Of a DNA stretch of 64,000 nucleotides, positions 12,927 to 60,092 are shown piece by piece. The notes below the pieces were generated by a model. The model did no database searches. It was given only the letters and a program-made list of their open reading frames with translations, and was not told where the DNA came from. Each line of letters opens with the position of its first letter. The first letter of the stretch is position 1. This DNA comes from Amoebidium appalachense (Eukaryota; Protista; Ichthyosporea). A program made the translations under genes and the position numbers. Location of the stretch: the NCBI GenBank assembly GCA_963693365.1, contig CAVNZM010000014.1, positions 6,324,001 to 6,388,000 of the forward strand. The letters are read 5' to 3'.

Positions 12927-13003
12927 GGCTTATATACCCATAAGCCTCCTCTACCAGGCCGCTGATTGGCCACATAACCATTGTGGCGCCCAATCAGACG
13001 GCC
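12927..13003 (-). promoter_or_regulatory. Putative Pol II promoter of the YR element (TATA-like box plus two opposed CCAAT boxes)
   Basis: TATATAAG on the minus strand at 12929-12936, ~130 bp upstream of the ORF1 ATG. CTGATTGG at 12962-12969 and CCAATCAG at 12990-12997. Confidence 0.45.
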
Positions 13004-13227
13004 GAAGAATAAGTTAATAAATGGAATTGTCCAATCAATTCAGACATTACGAAAACACGCACCCCGCAAGCCGTTAAACTTTCTACGGAACCATATAAAT
13101 GATGAGCGCGAATTTGCAATGACTACAGTAGCACGTGCACACACACGAACACGGGTACAGTACTGATGAACCATATATATGCTGCACACACACACACACA
13201 CACAGAGAGAGAGAGACAAACACACTG

Positions 13228-13273
<46 letters not shown>

Positions 13274-14218
13274 ACACACAGAAATATGGAGTTCGTCTCA
13301 ATATCGATCAGTAAAAAGCTTTATAACTAATATGATATCGCATACTTCTGAAATATTATAGGGAACGGGAATTTAAGCGTGTGCCAGACATAAAGGACAG
13401 AGCATGAGCACCTTGGATATTGTCAGGCCATCATGACGTTCTAAGCTGTACATACATGTCCAGGGTATTTTAAAGTTTGTCCACAGAAATACCAACAGCC
13501 TCAAACTTTATTGTTGAAAGGAGGGTTGAAAGAAAAAGAACAGACGAGAAGAATATAATAGTTGACTCGATCAAGTCACGGTAAAACCTGACATACAAAC
13601 ATTACAACAGCCCTGTAGTGGCGTGAGACTTATATGCTTCGCTAAAGAGCTATTTTATCAACAGGCCGCTTTGTGTAGACAAATGTCTATTTATATACAC
13701 CAGCACGCGTACATAAACAATTTCGCAATATGATATCATCAGTGATACCATGCTATGACACAATCAAGCTATGCAGCAGTTGTGCAGAATACAGACCGTC
13801 GCAATCAGCAGGTCCACAGTTCCTTAGAAGCCTAGTAGCACGTGAAGTGACCATAATAACATGCACACATATGTGCCCTTGAAAGAGGCGTATACAACAG
13901 GCAACATATTGTACACGTACGCGTACGTACAAACTCCCCATAAATTTAAAATCCCATAGCCTCTACATTAATCCCCCCCCCCCCCCCCCCCCCCCCCCCC
14001 CAGTCTGAGAGTGTTAAAAAAAAGAAGAAGAAGAAGAAAAGAAGGGGAGAGGGAGGGGGGGGAGGGGGGAGGAGGAGGAGGAGGAGGGGGGGGGGGGGGT
14101 GGGGGGGGGGGGATTACAGCAAATATAATTGAGAGCCTGCCCACCTCTGTTTCGCAAATGCTAATGTGCTTCCTCTGCTCACCGACTATGCCACCTTCAC
14201 TTTCATTCAACACAAACT

Positions 14219-14258
<40 letters not shown>

Positions 14259-14334
14259 AAGACGCGTGCACAAAGAAAGAATGTCTCCCAAACATAAAAG
14301 ACTTGCATGTGTGTCTGCAATATTGGAACAGTTT

Positions 14335-26180
<11,846 letters not shown>

Positions 26181-26620
26181 CATGAGTGTGAGCTTGAGCG
26201 CACTTCTATGGGTGTCGCTGTGTGTGTGTCTGTCTGTAAAGTAGAAGGGGGCGGTTCCCGGGGGGGGGGGGGGGAAGGATCTAGTGCACGTGCTTGTGAG
26301 CAAAAGTGAGTGTGGATGTCACGATGGGAAGGTGTGTGGTGAAGAGATGGAATAGGGGGGGGGGGGGGGGAAGGCGCTGGGGGGGGGCAGGGGGGAGGGG
26401 GGGAGGGGGGGAGGGAGGGACGGGGGGGCGTGAGAGGTTAGTTTGTGTGGGTTACGACAGGCGGGAGGGACGTAGGGCAGTGTGGAATGTGTTTTGCCCA
26501 TGGGCTGCCCAGGTATATGCAAAGAATCTCAGGCTTATGTTTGCCAAACACAACGTTGTCCCTCCCCCCTCCCTCCTCCCCGGCCAGGCACCCCCCAAAC
26601 AAAAGAAAGAAAGAAAGAAA

Positions 26621-26673
<53 letters not shown>

Positions 26674-27527
26674 GAAAATAGAATGAAAAGAAAAGAAAAG
26701 GGAAAAAAAAGAAAGAAACAATAACGGCTTTGTTTGTTGGCAAACGGGCCTTTGAGAGGCCACCGTGACTCGGTCATAACGAACCGCAGACCGGCAAAAC
26801 GGCAACAAAAAAGCAGCAATATTTATGCAACACAGGCCAAACAAAAAGCCGTGTTTAATTGGGGAGAGGGGTGGGGGGAGGGAGAGGGGCTAGGGGAGGG
26901 GGGGGGGGGGAGGAAGAGAGGGGGGGGGGGGGGGAGGAGGGGGAGGGGGAGGAGACGGAGGAAGGGAGAAAGGAAGAGAGGCGGGTGGTGGTAGTGGTGG
27001 GGGGGGGGGGGGGGGGGGGGGAGGGGGGGGAGGGGGGGGGAGAAGGGGGGGGGGGGGGGAAGAGAGGGAGTCAGCGACGCGGGGGGGACGAAGGGAGGGG
27101 CAGGGGGCCGGGGGGGGGGGAGGGCAAGGGGTGTATAAATAGGGGGAAAGCAGATCCATAAAGTCAGAGATAGGGGCACTTGGTTTGCAGTTGGGAGCTT
27201 CTGTGTGTATCAAACGTCTTCACTGTCTTTCTTCTGGGCACAAGTGCACACACACACACACGCACACACACACACACACACAGTCTCCTTCTCCCTATTA
27301 CTCCCCCCCCCCCCCCCCCCCCCTTTCTTTCTCTCTATTTCTCTGTTCACCTTGTTCTGTGTGTGTGTTTTTGAGGGAGGGGGTGGGAGGGTGGGCTACC
27401 ATGTTTCTGGTGAGGCACATTGCTGGATGTGACCCTCCCACCGATCTTGACTGCAGCGAGCAGCTGGGTGATATGCCGGGACTGTTAACACATCGAAGAA
27501 CATCATGCCGCCAACCAACCCCCACCT

Positions 27528-27558
<31 letters not shown>

Positions 27559-27717
27559 CCCCTTCAAGCTCTTCTCTACCTTCCTTCGAGCCCTACATTC
27601 CTCTCCAAGGACCGTCCAATTACCCTTCGCGGAACCCTCTAAGAGAAACATCTATCTAAAACCGTGCTTCTCCCCACCACCCGTTCATCCACCCGCACAC
27701 ACACACGCGCGCGCTCA

Positions 27718-27749
<32 letters not shown>

Positions 27750-28940
27750 CGTACACGTACACGTACGCACGCGCACACACCACTTCCACCACCATTACCA
27801 ATACACGCATGCATACACACCCGCACAAGCAACCCATCAGCTCACTTGTACCAGCACCATCGCCATTAATTTCGACATACTGCGTGACTATCTCTAGAGA
27901 AGAAAGTATAAGTATCTTGAATTCGAGGGCTTTTGGAGAGGTTGTTAGGCCGCAAAGCAGCCAAGCTTCCGCTAAAACGGCACCCGGGGGAGGGGAGGGG
28001 AGGGGAGGGGGGGGGAGGGGGGCGGGGGGGAATGCAAAGGGAGGACTAAAGAACTTTGGCTTAACCATCCATTTACAGTGAAGTGAATACCTTCAATTAC
28101 TTCTTTCTCTGTTGCGGTAGTAACTGATTTCGTATTCTGTGTTTCTTCAAGTTTTTTTTATGTTTTTTCACATCTGTGACTTTTGTGTGACGTTCGCCGC
28201 GGGCTCGGAGAGCCTCCCGAAAAGCTGTGTTTGCGCCATCTTTGTGTAAACCAATCACAATGCGATATGAAGCACTTAATGTGGCAACTAGAGGCATGTA
28301 CAAAGTAAACAACCCCAGCTGGCCTAACTGCATTTCGTACATGACAAGTAAAGATAAGCTGATAGAACTTCCAGCGTGTTAAATTGATTGCATTGTTAAT
28401 ATTATTTCTGAAATATATGGTCTTAAAATCTTTATAGTGTGTGTGACACACTTCATTTTTCAAGACCCCGAATTTGAAAGTTTTCTAACAGCTCAGCAAC
28501 TTGCATTACCAATCAATTCACTAAATTTGCTGTACTCCAATAGCTACTACCGATTGCACAGATTCGGTCCTGGGCTTGAAGGTATAATTGGTTAGGTGCG
28601 CATCTAGTGACGTCACTTTGTATTCATTCACGCGAAAGCTGTGCCGATCATCGTTTTGCATCACACGCAGCTGTGTCTTTTTGTTGCTTCGTGTGTGCGT
28701 GTGTGCGTGTGTGCGCCTGCACGTGTTTATGTGGCCTGCGTGTGGCGTGTGTGCGTCTGGCGCGCGCGCGCGCGCGCACGTGTGTACAGCACATGTGTAC
28801 GTGCGTGTGTGTGTACGTCACAGTGTGCGTGACGGTGTGGGTCCGAGTCTGGGGCCACAGTGATGATGCGCATATGCCGGTACGGTGCACATGTATCACG
28901 GTGTGTGTCTGTGTGTGTATGCGTGTACATGTGCGTGTGC

Positions 28941-28972
<32 letters not shown>

Positions 28973-29377
28973 GCGCATGTGTGCACCGGTGTGTGCGTGT
29001 GCTATACTACGCTGAGTGTGTGCGTGCACGTGGGGTGGGGGGTGGGGGGCTGGCCTGGGAGCGGGGACCCCCGGGGGGAAGGGGGGAGGGGGGGGGGGGG
29101 CGGGGGGAGGGGAGAGGGGAGGAGGGAGGGGGGGGGGGGAGGGGGGGGGGAGGGGTCACGGTGACTTTCCCAGTGTGTGTGTGGTCGTGGTTGGATGTGT
29201 GCATGGGTGGGTGCGCAGCCATGGATGGATGTGTGGGTGTACACAGGCCCGTACACACACATGTTCCTACTCAGTTCAGCAATAATAAAAAAGAAGGAGA
29301 TTTCATATGTTACTTTATTCAGTCCTCTGCTCTTCTTTCGCTTTCCCAAACAACTATAGGCGTACATGCCGAATTTA

Positions 29378-29435
<58 letters not shown>

Positions 29436-30237
29436 ACACACATGCATCCACAACCAGACCCAGACCCAGACCCAGACCCACTCACACTCACACACAAACA
29501 CAAACACAAACACAAGAAGAAAAAAAAAAAGGAGGGGAAAAAAACCCCCAAAAGTAGGAATATGTAAATAAAATACCTCAAAACCAATTAACGCTTAACA
29601 TTAGTCTCGAAAACTACAATGAAATATAAAACAAGGCTTGAAACCAAGAGAAAACAGAAACCACACGTTTCCCATGCCACCATGCCGTCTCAAATGGAGC
29701 CAGTCCATACCTGAGCAAAAAACGGAAATGGAGCAGAACACAAGCAGCACTACTCTTTCTAGAACTTCGGTAAATGATATCACACTTGTGACTATTATTG
29801 TAATTTGCTATTCTTCAACTAAGTTAGTGCAATATTAAGAGTGCACGTGTATTCCCCAGGGATTGCCGATAATTTAATGTAAAGTTCTCTCTCCGCATAC
29901 TTCCCAGCCAATAAATATGGAACAGAAAAGGAGGCAAACAAGCCCCGCTACACAATCAAAAATCTATCCGATAGTAAAACATGCTCGTGCTTTGTTACAT
30001 GTTTGATATCGCAAAGTAAGCACAAACCCATTATCTGGCATTTCTAAATATGGTTATGACCTAATAATGACCTTATCTCTGGGCTGGTAGGTTCGAGACA
30101 CAACCGTCATCACCCCTTCCGCATTACGCTTGTTCTGGTAAAGATCACCCATACCTTGCCGGGATACGGAGAACACCTGTGGGTGCGGATGTGTGGCTGA
30201 GAGGGCGGGACCAGGATTTCCTGAATCTCAATCGCAG

Positions 30238-30319
<82 letters not shown>

Positions 30320-30537
30320 TACACCCACAAGCGCATACTCACATACACACACACACACTCGCACGCAAACACACACACACACACATACATGCACCCACAC
30401 ACCAACTAGGTACATCCTCAACATCAGTTAAACGATTTCTTTGTATGTTTATTTCTCCCCTCCTACTGCGTGTGCATGCAGATGTTTTGAGTGCATCTGC
30501 ATGAGTTGCACCGTGTGTGTGTGAGCGCGCGCGGGTA

Positions 30538-30568
<31 letters not shown>

Positions 30569-30850
30569 GTGCGTGCGTGCATGCGTGCGTGCTGCATGTA
30601 TGTATGTGTGCACGTGAGTGTGCATGTTTGTGTGTGTGTGTGGGTGGGTGGGTGGGTGGGTGTGTGGGTGGGTGGGGGGGTGGGGGGAGGGGCAGAAAAA
30701 TAACATTTCCTAACCTTAATGAAATGGCGCCCATTGGACTCTCCAAAGGTAAAGGCCATGTCATCCACAAACTTCAACATTTTGGTGGTGTGGGTCCCAA
30801 ACACCGTAAGTTCTTCGTTTTTCTGCAGGTAGCAAGGGGCAAGAGGTCAG

Positions 30851-30909
<59 letters not shown>

Positions 30910-30913
30910 TGTG

Positions 30914-31009
<96 letters not shown>

Positions 31010-32455
31010 CGCGCTAGTGTGCGCGCACGTGTTACTAACTGACTGGGTAGTGTGTGTGTGTGTATGTTGTAGAGGGGAAATAGAGGGGAAATAGATGACA
31101 CAGAGTGATAAATAACAATAATCGGGCTGGTTGACCATATATTTATAGATTATACCGTGTACAAGTAGTGTAATAAGAACCAGTGAGCTTACAAGGGTCC
31201 TCTGCCAACGTTAGTTACACCTAAATGAACGGTGACCTAAGGAGCGCATCACCACACGTTCATTAGCTAAGCGTTGGTCTAGAATGTAGAACAATACAAA
31301 CTAGCGGACTTAGTCCCTGCCTTAGGCGTCCCAAGTAGCTATATACGAACTGGTTCGAGCCGGTGTATGGCTATGTGTTTCAATGGACACTGTAAACAAT
31401 GATATACACGGCAATCGGTGAAGTGAGGTGTCAATCGATGGTCAAACAAGCCTTATTATATCCAAAATTCAATAGCGTTGGCTAATCCGCGAATTTGATA
31501 GGTCATAACTCGATAGCGGGGATTCAATCGATGGATCTTATACGTCTAAATGTGATACATGCGAGCCAGTACATTGGGTTAGATAAACACAACAACTGTG
31601 AATAACAGGTATGCCGCGAAACCAGAAAGGTTCGTAGAGTGAAAAAGTTAAGAACTAGTAAAAACCATGGAAATAAGAAAGAAACATAGAAATTAGAATA
31701 AAATATATAGATATATATATCTATCTAGCCATGCCGGGTGCAGAAGGTGTAGCGTGTGCGCGTATGTGAGAATCCGTTATGGCATTTTGGAATGTGATCA
31801 TGGCATTGTGGAATGTTACCTAAGTGTAGTGAACGATCGCGATCGGAAAAATAGAGATGGAAAAATGGAGAGAGAGGGAGAGAGAATGAGAGACTCGGGA
31901 AGAGAGAGAGACAGCAGAGAGAGTCGGAGGAAGAGGGAGGGAGGGAGGGAGAGATAAAAAATGACAAAGAAGAGTGAGCGAGGAGAGAGAGACGGAGATA
32001 TATGCGTGTATGCACATGTGTGTGTGTGTGCGTGTGTGTGTTTGACCGCGGGGGGGGGGGGGGGGGGGATAGGGGGGGGGGGGGGGGGGGGGGGGGGGGA
32101 ACAGGGAGGCTACGTGTATGTTGTGTTTGGGGAGGAAGAGTTAGTGTTGATGTGATCGTGAGCACACAGGAAAGCCATGATCGAATACTAAATCTATATG
32201 TCGAAGTATTTAGGCTATCCGGGGAACATAGGGAGAGAGAAAGAAATGTCAGTGGGAGAAGGTTGTTAGTTGATGTGACTGTATGAGGGGTTTGGTGGTG
32301 GTGTATGCGTAGGTATGTGTGAGAGTATGTGTGTGCGTGTGTGTGTGTGTGTGTGTGCATGTGTGTTTATATCAAACTGTGTGTCAAATGGGACGGGAGT
32401 GTGTTAAAGGGGGAGGGTTTGGTGTTGGTGTTGGTGTATGTGTAGGTATGTGGGA

Positions 32456-32502
<47 letters not shown>

Positions 32503-33027
32503 TTTTTGTGTGTGTGTGTGCATGCGTGTGTATATCAAACTGTGAGTCAATGGAATGGGGGTGTGCTTAAGGGGATGGGGGGGGGGGGGGGTAGGGGGGG
32601 AGGGGGAGGAGGGGAAGAAAAGGGTGAGGCTGTAGGAGAAATGATGATGCAACCTAATACATTAGGGCTTGTGTGTGCACGCTATTGTGAGAACACGTGT
32701 TACTAACTAGCTGGGTAGCGTGTGTGTATGTGTGTCTGTTTGTGTGGCTGTGCTTGTGTGTATATGCGTGCGTGTGTGTGTGATAGTATGTGTGTGTGTG
32801 TGTGTGCGTGCGTGCATGCACATGTGTAGACGTGCGTGTGTGCCGTATTGTGTGTGTGCATGTGTATGTAGGTGTGTGTGCGTGTGTGCGTGTGGTAGAA
32901 TGTGTGTGTGTGTGCGTGCGCATGTATGCGTCTGTGTAGCATTGTGTCTGTGCATGTGTGTGTGTCAGTGTGCGTGAAAGTGGTTATGTGTGTGTGTGGT
33001 GATGTGTGCATGTGTGTGTGTGTGTGG

Positions 33028-33114
<87 letters not shown>

Positions 33115-33439
33115 CTGTGCGTCTGTGTGTCTGTATGTTTCAATCTTGTGCCTACACCGCCACCGCCACCGCCCACCACAAGAAAACACGAGCTCTTACC
33201 CTTGTTTTGTTCTTATACGCGTTATCAAGAGAATTCTCAGCCCCCCCCTTCTGAAAAGCTCATCTCCTTTGGGTGCACGGTAGTAACGTCTGCTTGACAG
33301 GCTGTCCAGTGCTTGTTCGACCGCTTTCTTCAAATCTTCCTGTGTGTAAAAGAGAGAGGGAAAAAAAGACGAAGAAGGAGGGGGAAGGGGGGGGAGCTTA
33401 GTATCATTAAGTGCCCTCAGAAGAAAAGACGATTTTATT

Positions 33440-33470
<31 letters not shown>

Positions 33471-35919
33471 TTTTATTTTTTAAGAAACCTGCTCATAATA
33501 AACTATGGGAAGATAGCGAACCCGCTGAATGAACCCGGAAAGACGAATCATGAACTGCAGAGGCAAGAGGGTAAAGAAACACGTGGGAGACGTGATAGCT
33601 CAAGTGAAGCCATGCTCCGGGCAATCTTTTCTAGGAAGGGGGGATCGGTGGTGTTGGTGGTGGTGGTCGTGGTGGTCTTGGTTGGGGAAGGGGGGGGAGG
33701 GTGGAGAGGGGGCTAAAAATACTGTTGCAAATAGATAACATTCGCCGATATATCCCCACAGGGCACGCGACAGAGAGGTGCATTTACATATGGAAGAATA
33801 CGGACATATCATGTTACGACACAGAGTATCCATTATTAGCATAGTCCAACCTCAGGGGATGCAAGTGATTGGCGAATGCAGGAGGGTTTAAAGAGTGAGC
33901 AGGTTTAAAAAGGTGTTTGGCGGGGGTTGGGGCGGAATTAGGGGCCGGGCTGGAAAGGGGGGGGGGGGGGAGGAGGAGGGTTCGAGGGGGGGGGGGGGGG
34001 GGGGGGGGAAAGACGAAACAAGGAATACTGGCAATGTTTACAAAGTATATCAGCTCCGAAGCTCGAGGAAAGAGTTGCAAACGATGTGCAGATCAATGCC
34101 ACAGAAGAAGCGGCTTGTATAGGAAGGATCTGTTTATGGGATGAATAATTTTCGTAGCGTGGTTTTTCTCTCAGCAAAATGCACCAGAGGTGCTAAATGG
34201 GAACACGAGCATATAGCTGCACATGTTTAAACATGCAACTTTCAATGTTTCCAGTTGCAAATAGCTTGCAGGTCGCTCGTTTTGATTAGTGTGAGACCGC
34301 GTATACTTTGACATCAGCCGTTTGTTGTTATGCACGTACGAGTGAACTTGGTGTCGGGTGAGCATGTGAGCAAGGTGGTTGTATGGTGCTATGTTTTTAT
34401 GTACGAGCAACGAATGTGCTAACTCCGTAGTTGGTTGGTACAAAGTCACTCATGAGATGCATAGAGCTTGTTTATCACGTGTGGTGTGCGTGTGATGTGC
34501 GTTTCGTGTGCATGGTCACGCGAAGTTCCCCTTGCGAGTGTCAGGCGTACGCATGTGTGTGACTGTGTTGTGTTTGTGAGTGTGTGTTTGTGTGTGAGCA
34601 TGTGTGCACGCCACCATGACTTGGTAGTGTGTGTTTGTAAATATAATGACGCTTATATTTACAAAATGACGTTTTCACTCACCAGTGGAACTGACGCGTC
34701 GAAATGATACTCCGCCTCAAACGCATGCGTTAGCCAACCCATCTTGTCACACACTCAAATACGTGTTGCTATGGTTCAGGAGTGGGTGGTAGTGCAGAGA
34801 ATGGGACAAACCAGAGAAGGAGAAAGAAAAAAGGACAATAATAATGGCTGTTTGAAAACAGCTATTACAGCAAATAAAAGCTTGGGGTGGTTAACGTTAG
34901 AACCTTGCATACAAAATGATGGGGGGAGAACCAAAAAGGGGGAAGAAAAGAGGGGCCAAGGACCAGCGGAGAAGCGAAGTGTGACAGGCACCGCGACGAG
35001 TCTAGATCTACAAGTCTGGCTCACCCCTTCACCAGTGACTATCGAGTCAATCAAATGTAGGAATTAGGAACAGAACTAGCCAGATTAGGTTTATCTGTCG
35101 TATCTGTAAATACCATCTAGGGAGATTTATACCTCATACGCGCCGTTGATAAGATGGAGTAAAATACTCTGATACAAGGACCCAGCATTCAACAACAACT
35201 TTGAATTAGGGAAAATGTTGCTAGATACAGTGATACACCTCTTCAACCTCTTCAGATTTGGTAACTTGTAAAATTAAATGTGGGAGGGCACCCTCCATTT
35301 ATTCTGTTTGCGAGCAAGCTCACTGCGGGCATGGGTACAAACGATGAAAAGCAATCCGCTACTAAGATGTAGTATCATACTTGTCAAAATTTGCTGACGT
35401 AATCGTAACGTAACTCAGCGGCACGCGCACGCGCGCAGCATACGCTCTTTGTCCTTTACATATTCACTGATTTCCAAAAAAGAATGAACATGAGGATGAA
35501 ACACTACCATAATTTTCTGCATTGGTTGTAAATTTTTAATCACGAATATAATGTAATGTAATGTAGTATCAATAGCTCTTCTTCGACTCAATATGGTCAC
35601 GGGGGGGGGGGGGGGGGGGGGGGGGGGGAGGTGGTTGTTCATCACGATGCGCTCCGAGCCAATCATAAACCCAAAGAGCTTACAGCGAATCACTGCAGTG
35701 AACTGCACACCTTTTATGGTTAATCATTAGAGACTCCCGCCAAAAACAAAAGAACGGACCCGGTTGGTTCCGATCCAACACCAGACACAGAAACATGCAT
35801 GTCACGGCGTACATGCATATGTACACTCAAAGGGATCGAAACTTTGTTTTAAAAGGGCGTGTGCTAATTTGGAAAAAAAGGGATTGTGCTAATTTGGATG
35901 CAGAGAGCTGCACTGTGTT

Positions 35920-36065
35920 AAAGGCGCGAGCAGAGGATAAGCACAGTTGTCAAGGTGGGTGGCAGATGGGGAAGCGTATTTGCCCATCGTGAAAGGCGCG
36001 AGCAGAGGATAAGCTTACAGTTGTCAAGGTGGGTGGCAGATGGGGAAGCGTATTTGCCCATCGTG
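35920..36065. repeat. ~72-bp direct tandem duplication upstream of ABCB6
   Basis: AAAGGCGCGAGCAGAGGATAAGC...GCCCATCGTG at 35920-35991 and 35992-36065; the second copy has a 2-nt insertion. Confidence 0.9.
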
Positions 36066-36500
36066 AAAAGGGTGGGGTTACTTTGAACGTCACACTTATC
36101 ACACGTTTTGTGTCATGATTATGGAATAAGCTGTGACATCTAATCTAAGCCGCGATAGTGCATTTGCGGTGAGGTACCGTGAGGTCCTATGTAAGACTAC
36201 GTTGACACTGTTGACTCACGCCCTGGCCATTGCTTGTGTGCATCCACAACGCTTCGGCCATTGTTGCAGACTATGGGCAAACGTGCATGCATGTGAATGC
36301 GTGTATTCATACATTCGTGTTTGTGCGCTTGGTGTGTGCGTGTGTGTTTTGTGTGTGCGTGCTGGCGTACTTGTTTGCGTGCATGTGTGCGTGTGCGTGT
36401 GTGTGGGGCATCCACACGTGCAGTTCCACAGCAAGCATGTCTCTTCTTGTGCTCAAACACGTGCAAAAACTGATTAACATGTATGTTCTAATCTGCACGC

Positions 36501-36544
<44 letters not shown>

Positions 36545-36958
36545 CCTTCTCCCCCTTCCCCCTTCCAACTACACACCCCCTCTTCTTCTCCACCCCTACC
36601 TTTCCTCTTCTCCGGCCCCTTCCACATACTCCATCCCGCCATTTTCCCTCCCCCCCCTCCTTCCCTCCCTCTCCTCTAACTTTCTCCCGTCTACACACCC
36701 TGTTCCTCTGCCCCCCCCCCCCCCCCCCCCCCCAACACCCCCACCCCCAAACCAACCTCACCTCTCCGTTTTCTTCTTTTTCTCCTGCCTCCTCCCTCCA
36801 CCTCTCGTTCAGAAACCCGCGGGCCCACCACCTCCCCTCCCTGCCTCCCTTTCCCCTTCTCCTCGCCTCCACCCCCCACCTTCTCCCTTCCTTCGGCATC
36901 TATACCACTTCTCAATCCCTACCATACTCTACTAAGCTCTACCCATCAGAAACCCACC

Positions 36959-58555
<21,597 letters not shown>

Positions 58556-58560
58556 GAGCA

Positions 58561-58636
<76 letters not shown>

Positions 58637-60061
58637 CATATTCGCATGGATCCTGCCTGGACAGTTTGCTTGTAAGGACTAACTGCAATACATGTGCGTG
58701 ACACATATGCGCATATCACACACAGACACACAAAAAACACACGGATGCTCGCGCTCACACACACACGCGAAAGTGGGCACACGCGGCATTAGTCTACATA
58801 GACTCGCACACATTCATGCTAATTCATAGTGATACACACAGCCACATGCCTGTATACTGATAATATTGTTGTTTTCACCAATGAATGGTTCTAACATTGT
58901 GTGAACCAAATGGGTTTTGGCGTTGGTATAATATTATTATTAATGTGCTTACGTAAGCCGGCACGGTAGCAAGAAACGAATGAATATAAAGGCAAGAAAA
59001 TGTGTGAATGAATATCAGTAGTAGGGTTGCAGATGACAAAGTTACCTCGAGCAAAAAGGACTGTATTATCTGGGGAAGAGAAACAATGCCAATAAAATAT
59101 TGAAAATTGACTTATTATGTGCAGTTGTTGTGCTCTGTACTCTGAAGTTCACAACCAATGTTTATACCAACACGAGTGGGCTCAGCCTACGCCGTACGTG
59201 TCCACATATTGGGGTATGGGTTATTTATGATTGGTACATGGTGGGAACTGAAACCGGTTCGATTCGAATTGTCATAAAATTTTTAGATTTTGTAACCAAC
59301 CAACCAACCTCCCCCCCTCCCCCCCCCCCCCCCCCCCCCCCTCTTTTTTTTTTTTTCCCCTGCTCCCCCTTTCACCGCCACATGTCTGCCGCTTGTTATG
59401 TGGCTTCCGGAACTCAAAGACGTGTTGCGTGACCATACGTACTTCCGGTGCTGGTACCCTCTCTGCTTCGTGCCTCTCAGGCTTACTGCACTACACTCCC
59501 ACCCCATCCCAACCTTCACGACACTCCCCTCCTACACACGCGCATGGACCGCTTTTACACGCACAACACAAAACACGCATCTCCACCACATTTAACGCAA
59601 GCACCCGCATACACAAACCGTTAGTGCAATATGTTTGCTCCACAGGCCGTGAAAAACGGTCTCTAGCCGATAGTATCGTGGGTTTCCCTATAGCTAGTGG
59701 TTTACTAGCACAGTGGTCTCTTCAATGGCGTGGTAATCGGTGCCTGATGTTTCCTAGACGGTGGTGCCCTAGTGGGTCACACCCTTGGTGCCGTAGCTGT
59801 GTGGGCCGGTGTATTGTGTTCCCCTTTGTTCCGTTAGCCACCCTGGCCTCCTTTTCTTCCACACTCCTCACCCACCTATCCACTTCTCGTCACCCTGCAC
59901 AACACTTTACCATCATTGACTTACTTTTTAATACGGGTTATTTTCTCACTGCCCAACGTTGTTTCCAATACCTGCGCGCTCACGTCACACACGTAATACA
60001 ACCACCCTCCCAACCTGGTTAATTGGCTCCTTTTCTTTCTTCCTTTCTTTCTTTTTCTCTT

Positions 60062-60092
<31 letters not shown>

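Larger units (their letters stand above)
10750..13003 (-). mobile_element. Tyrosine-recombinase mobile element (DIRS/VIPER-like derivative without RT, or a Crypton-like element with an extra ORF); termini not defined
   Basis: Abrupt GC-rich, intron-free, microsatellite-free island with two co-oriented ORFs, the second carrying the tyrosine-recombinase catalytic motifs. No RT (YxDD) or RNase H sequence seen. Confidence 0.75.

Noticed and set aside
31576-31582. Telomerase-template-like CTAACCC on the minus strand
   Set aside because: Only 7 nt, shorter than a usual template, and on the strand opposite the G-U-compatible stems.
33520-33529. ACCCGCTGAA, like the 5' end of LSU rRNA (also TGCCAGCAGCC at 60901, SSU-like)
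   Set aside because: Only 10-11 nt match and the flanks do not continue as rRNA.
59256-59265. tRNA T-loop/B-box-like GGTTCGATTC (also GGTTCGAGCC at 31352)
   Set aside because: No cloverleaf, D-arm or anticodon arm could be built.
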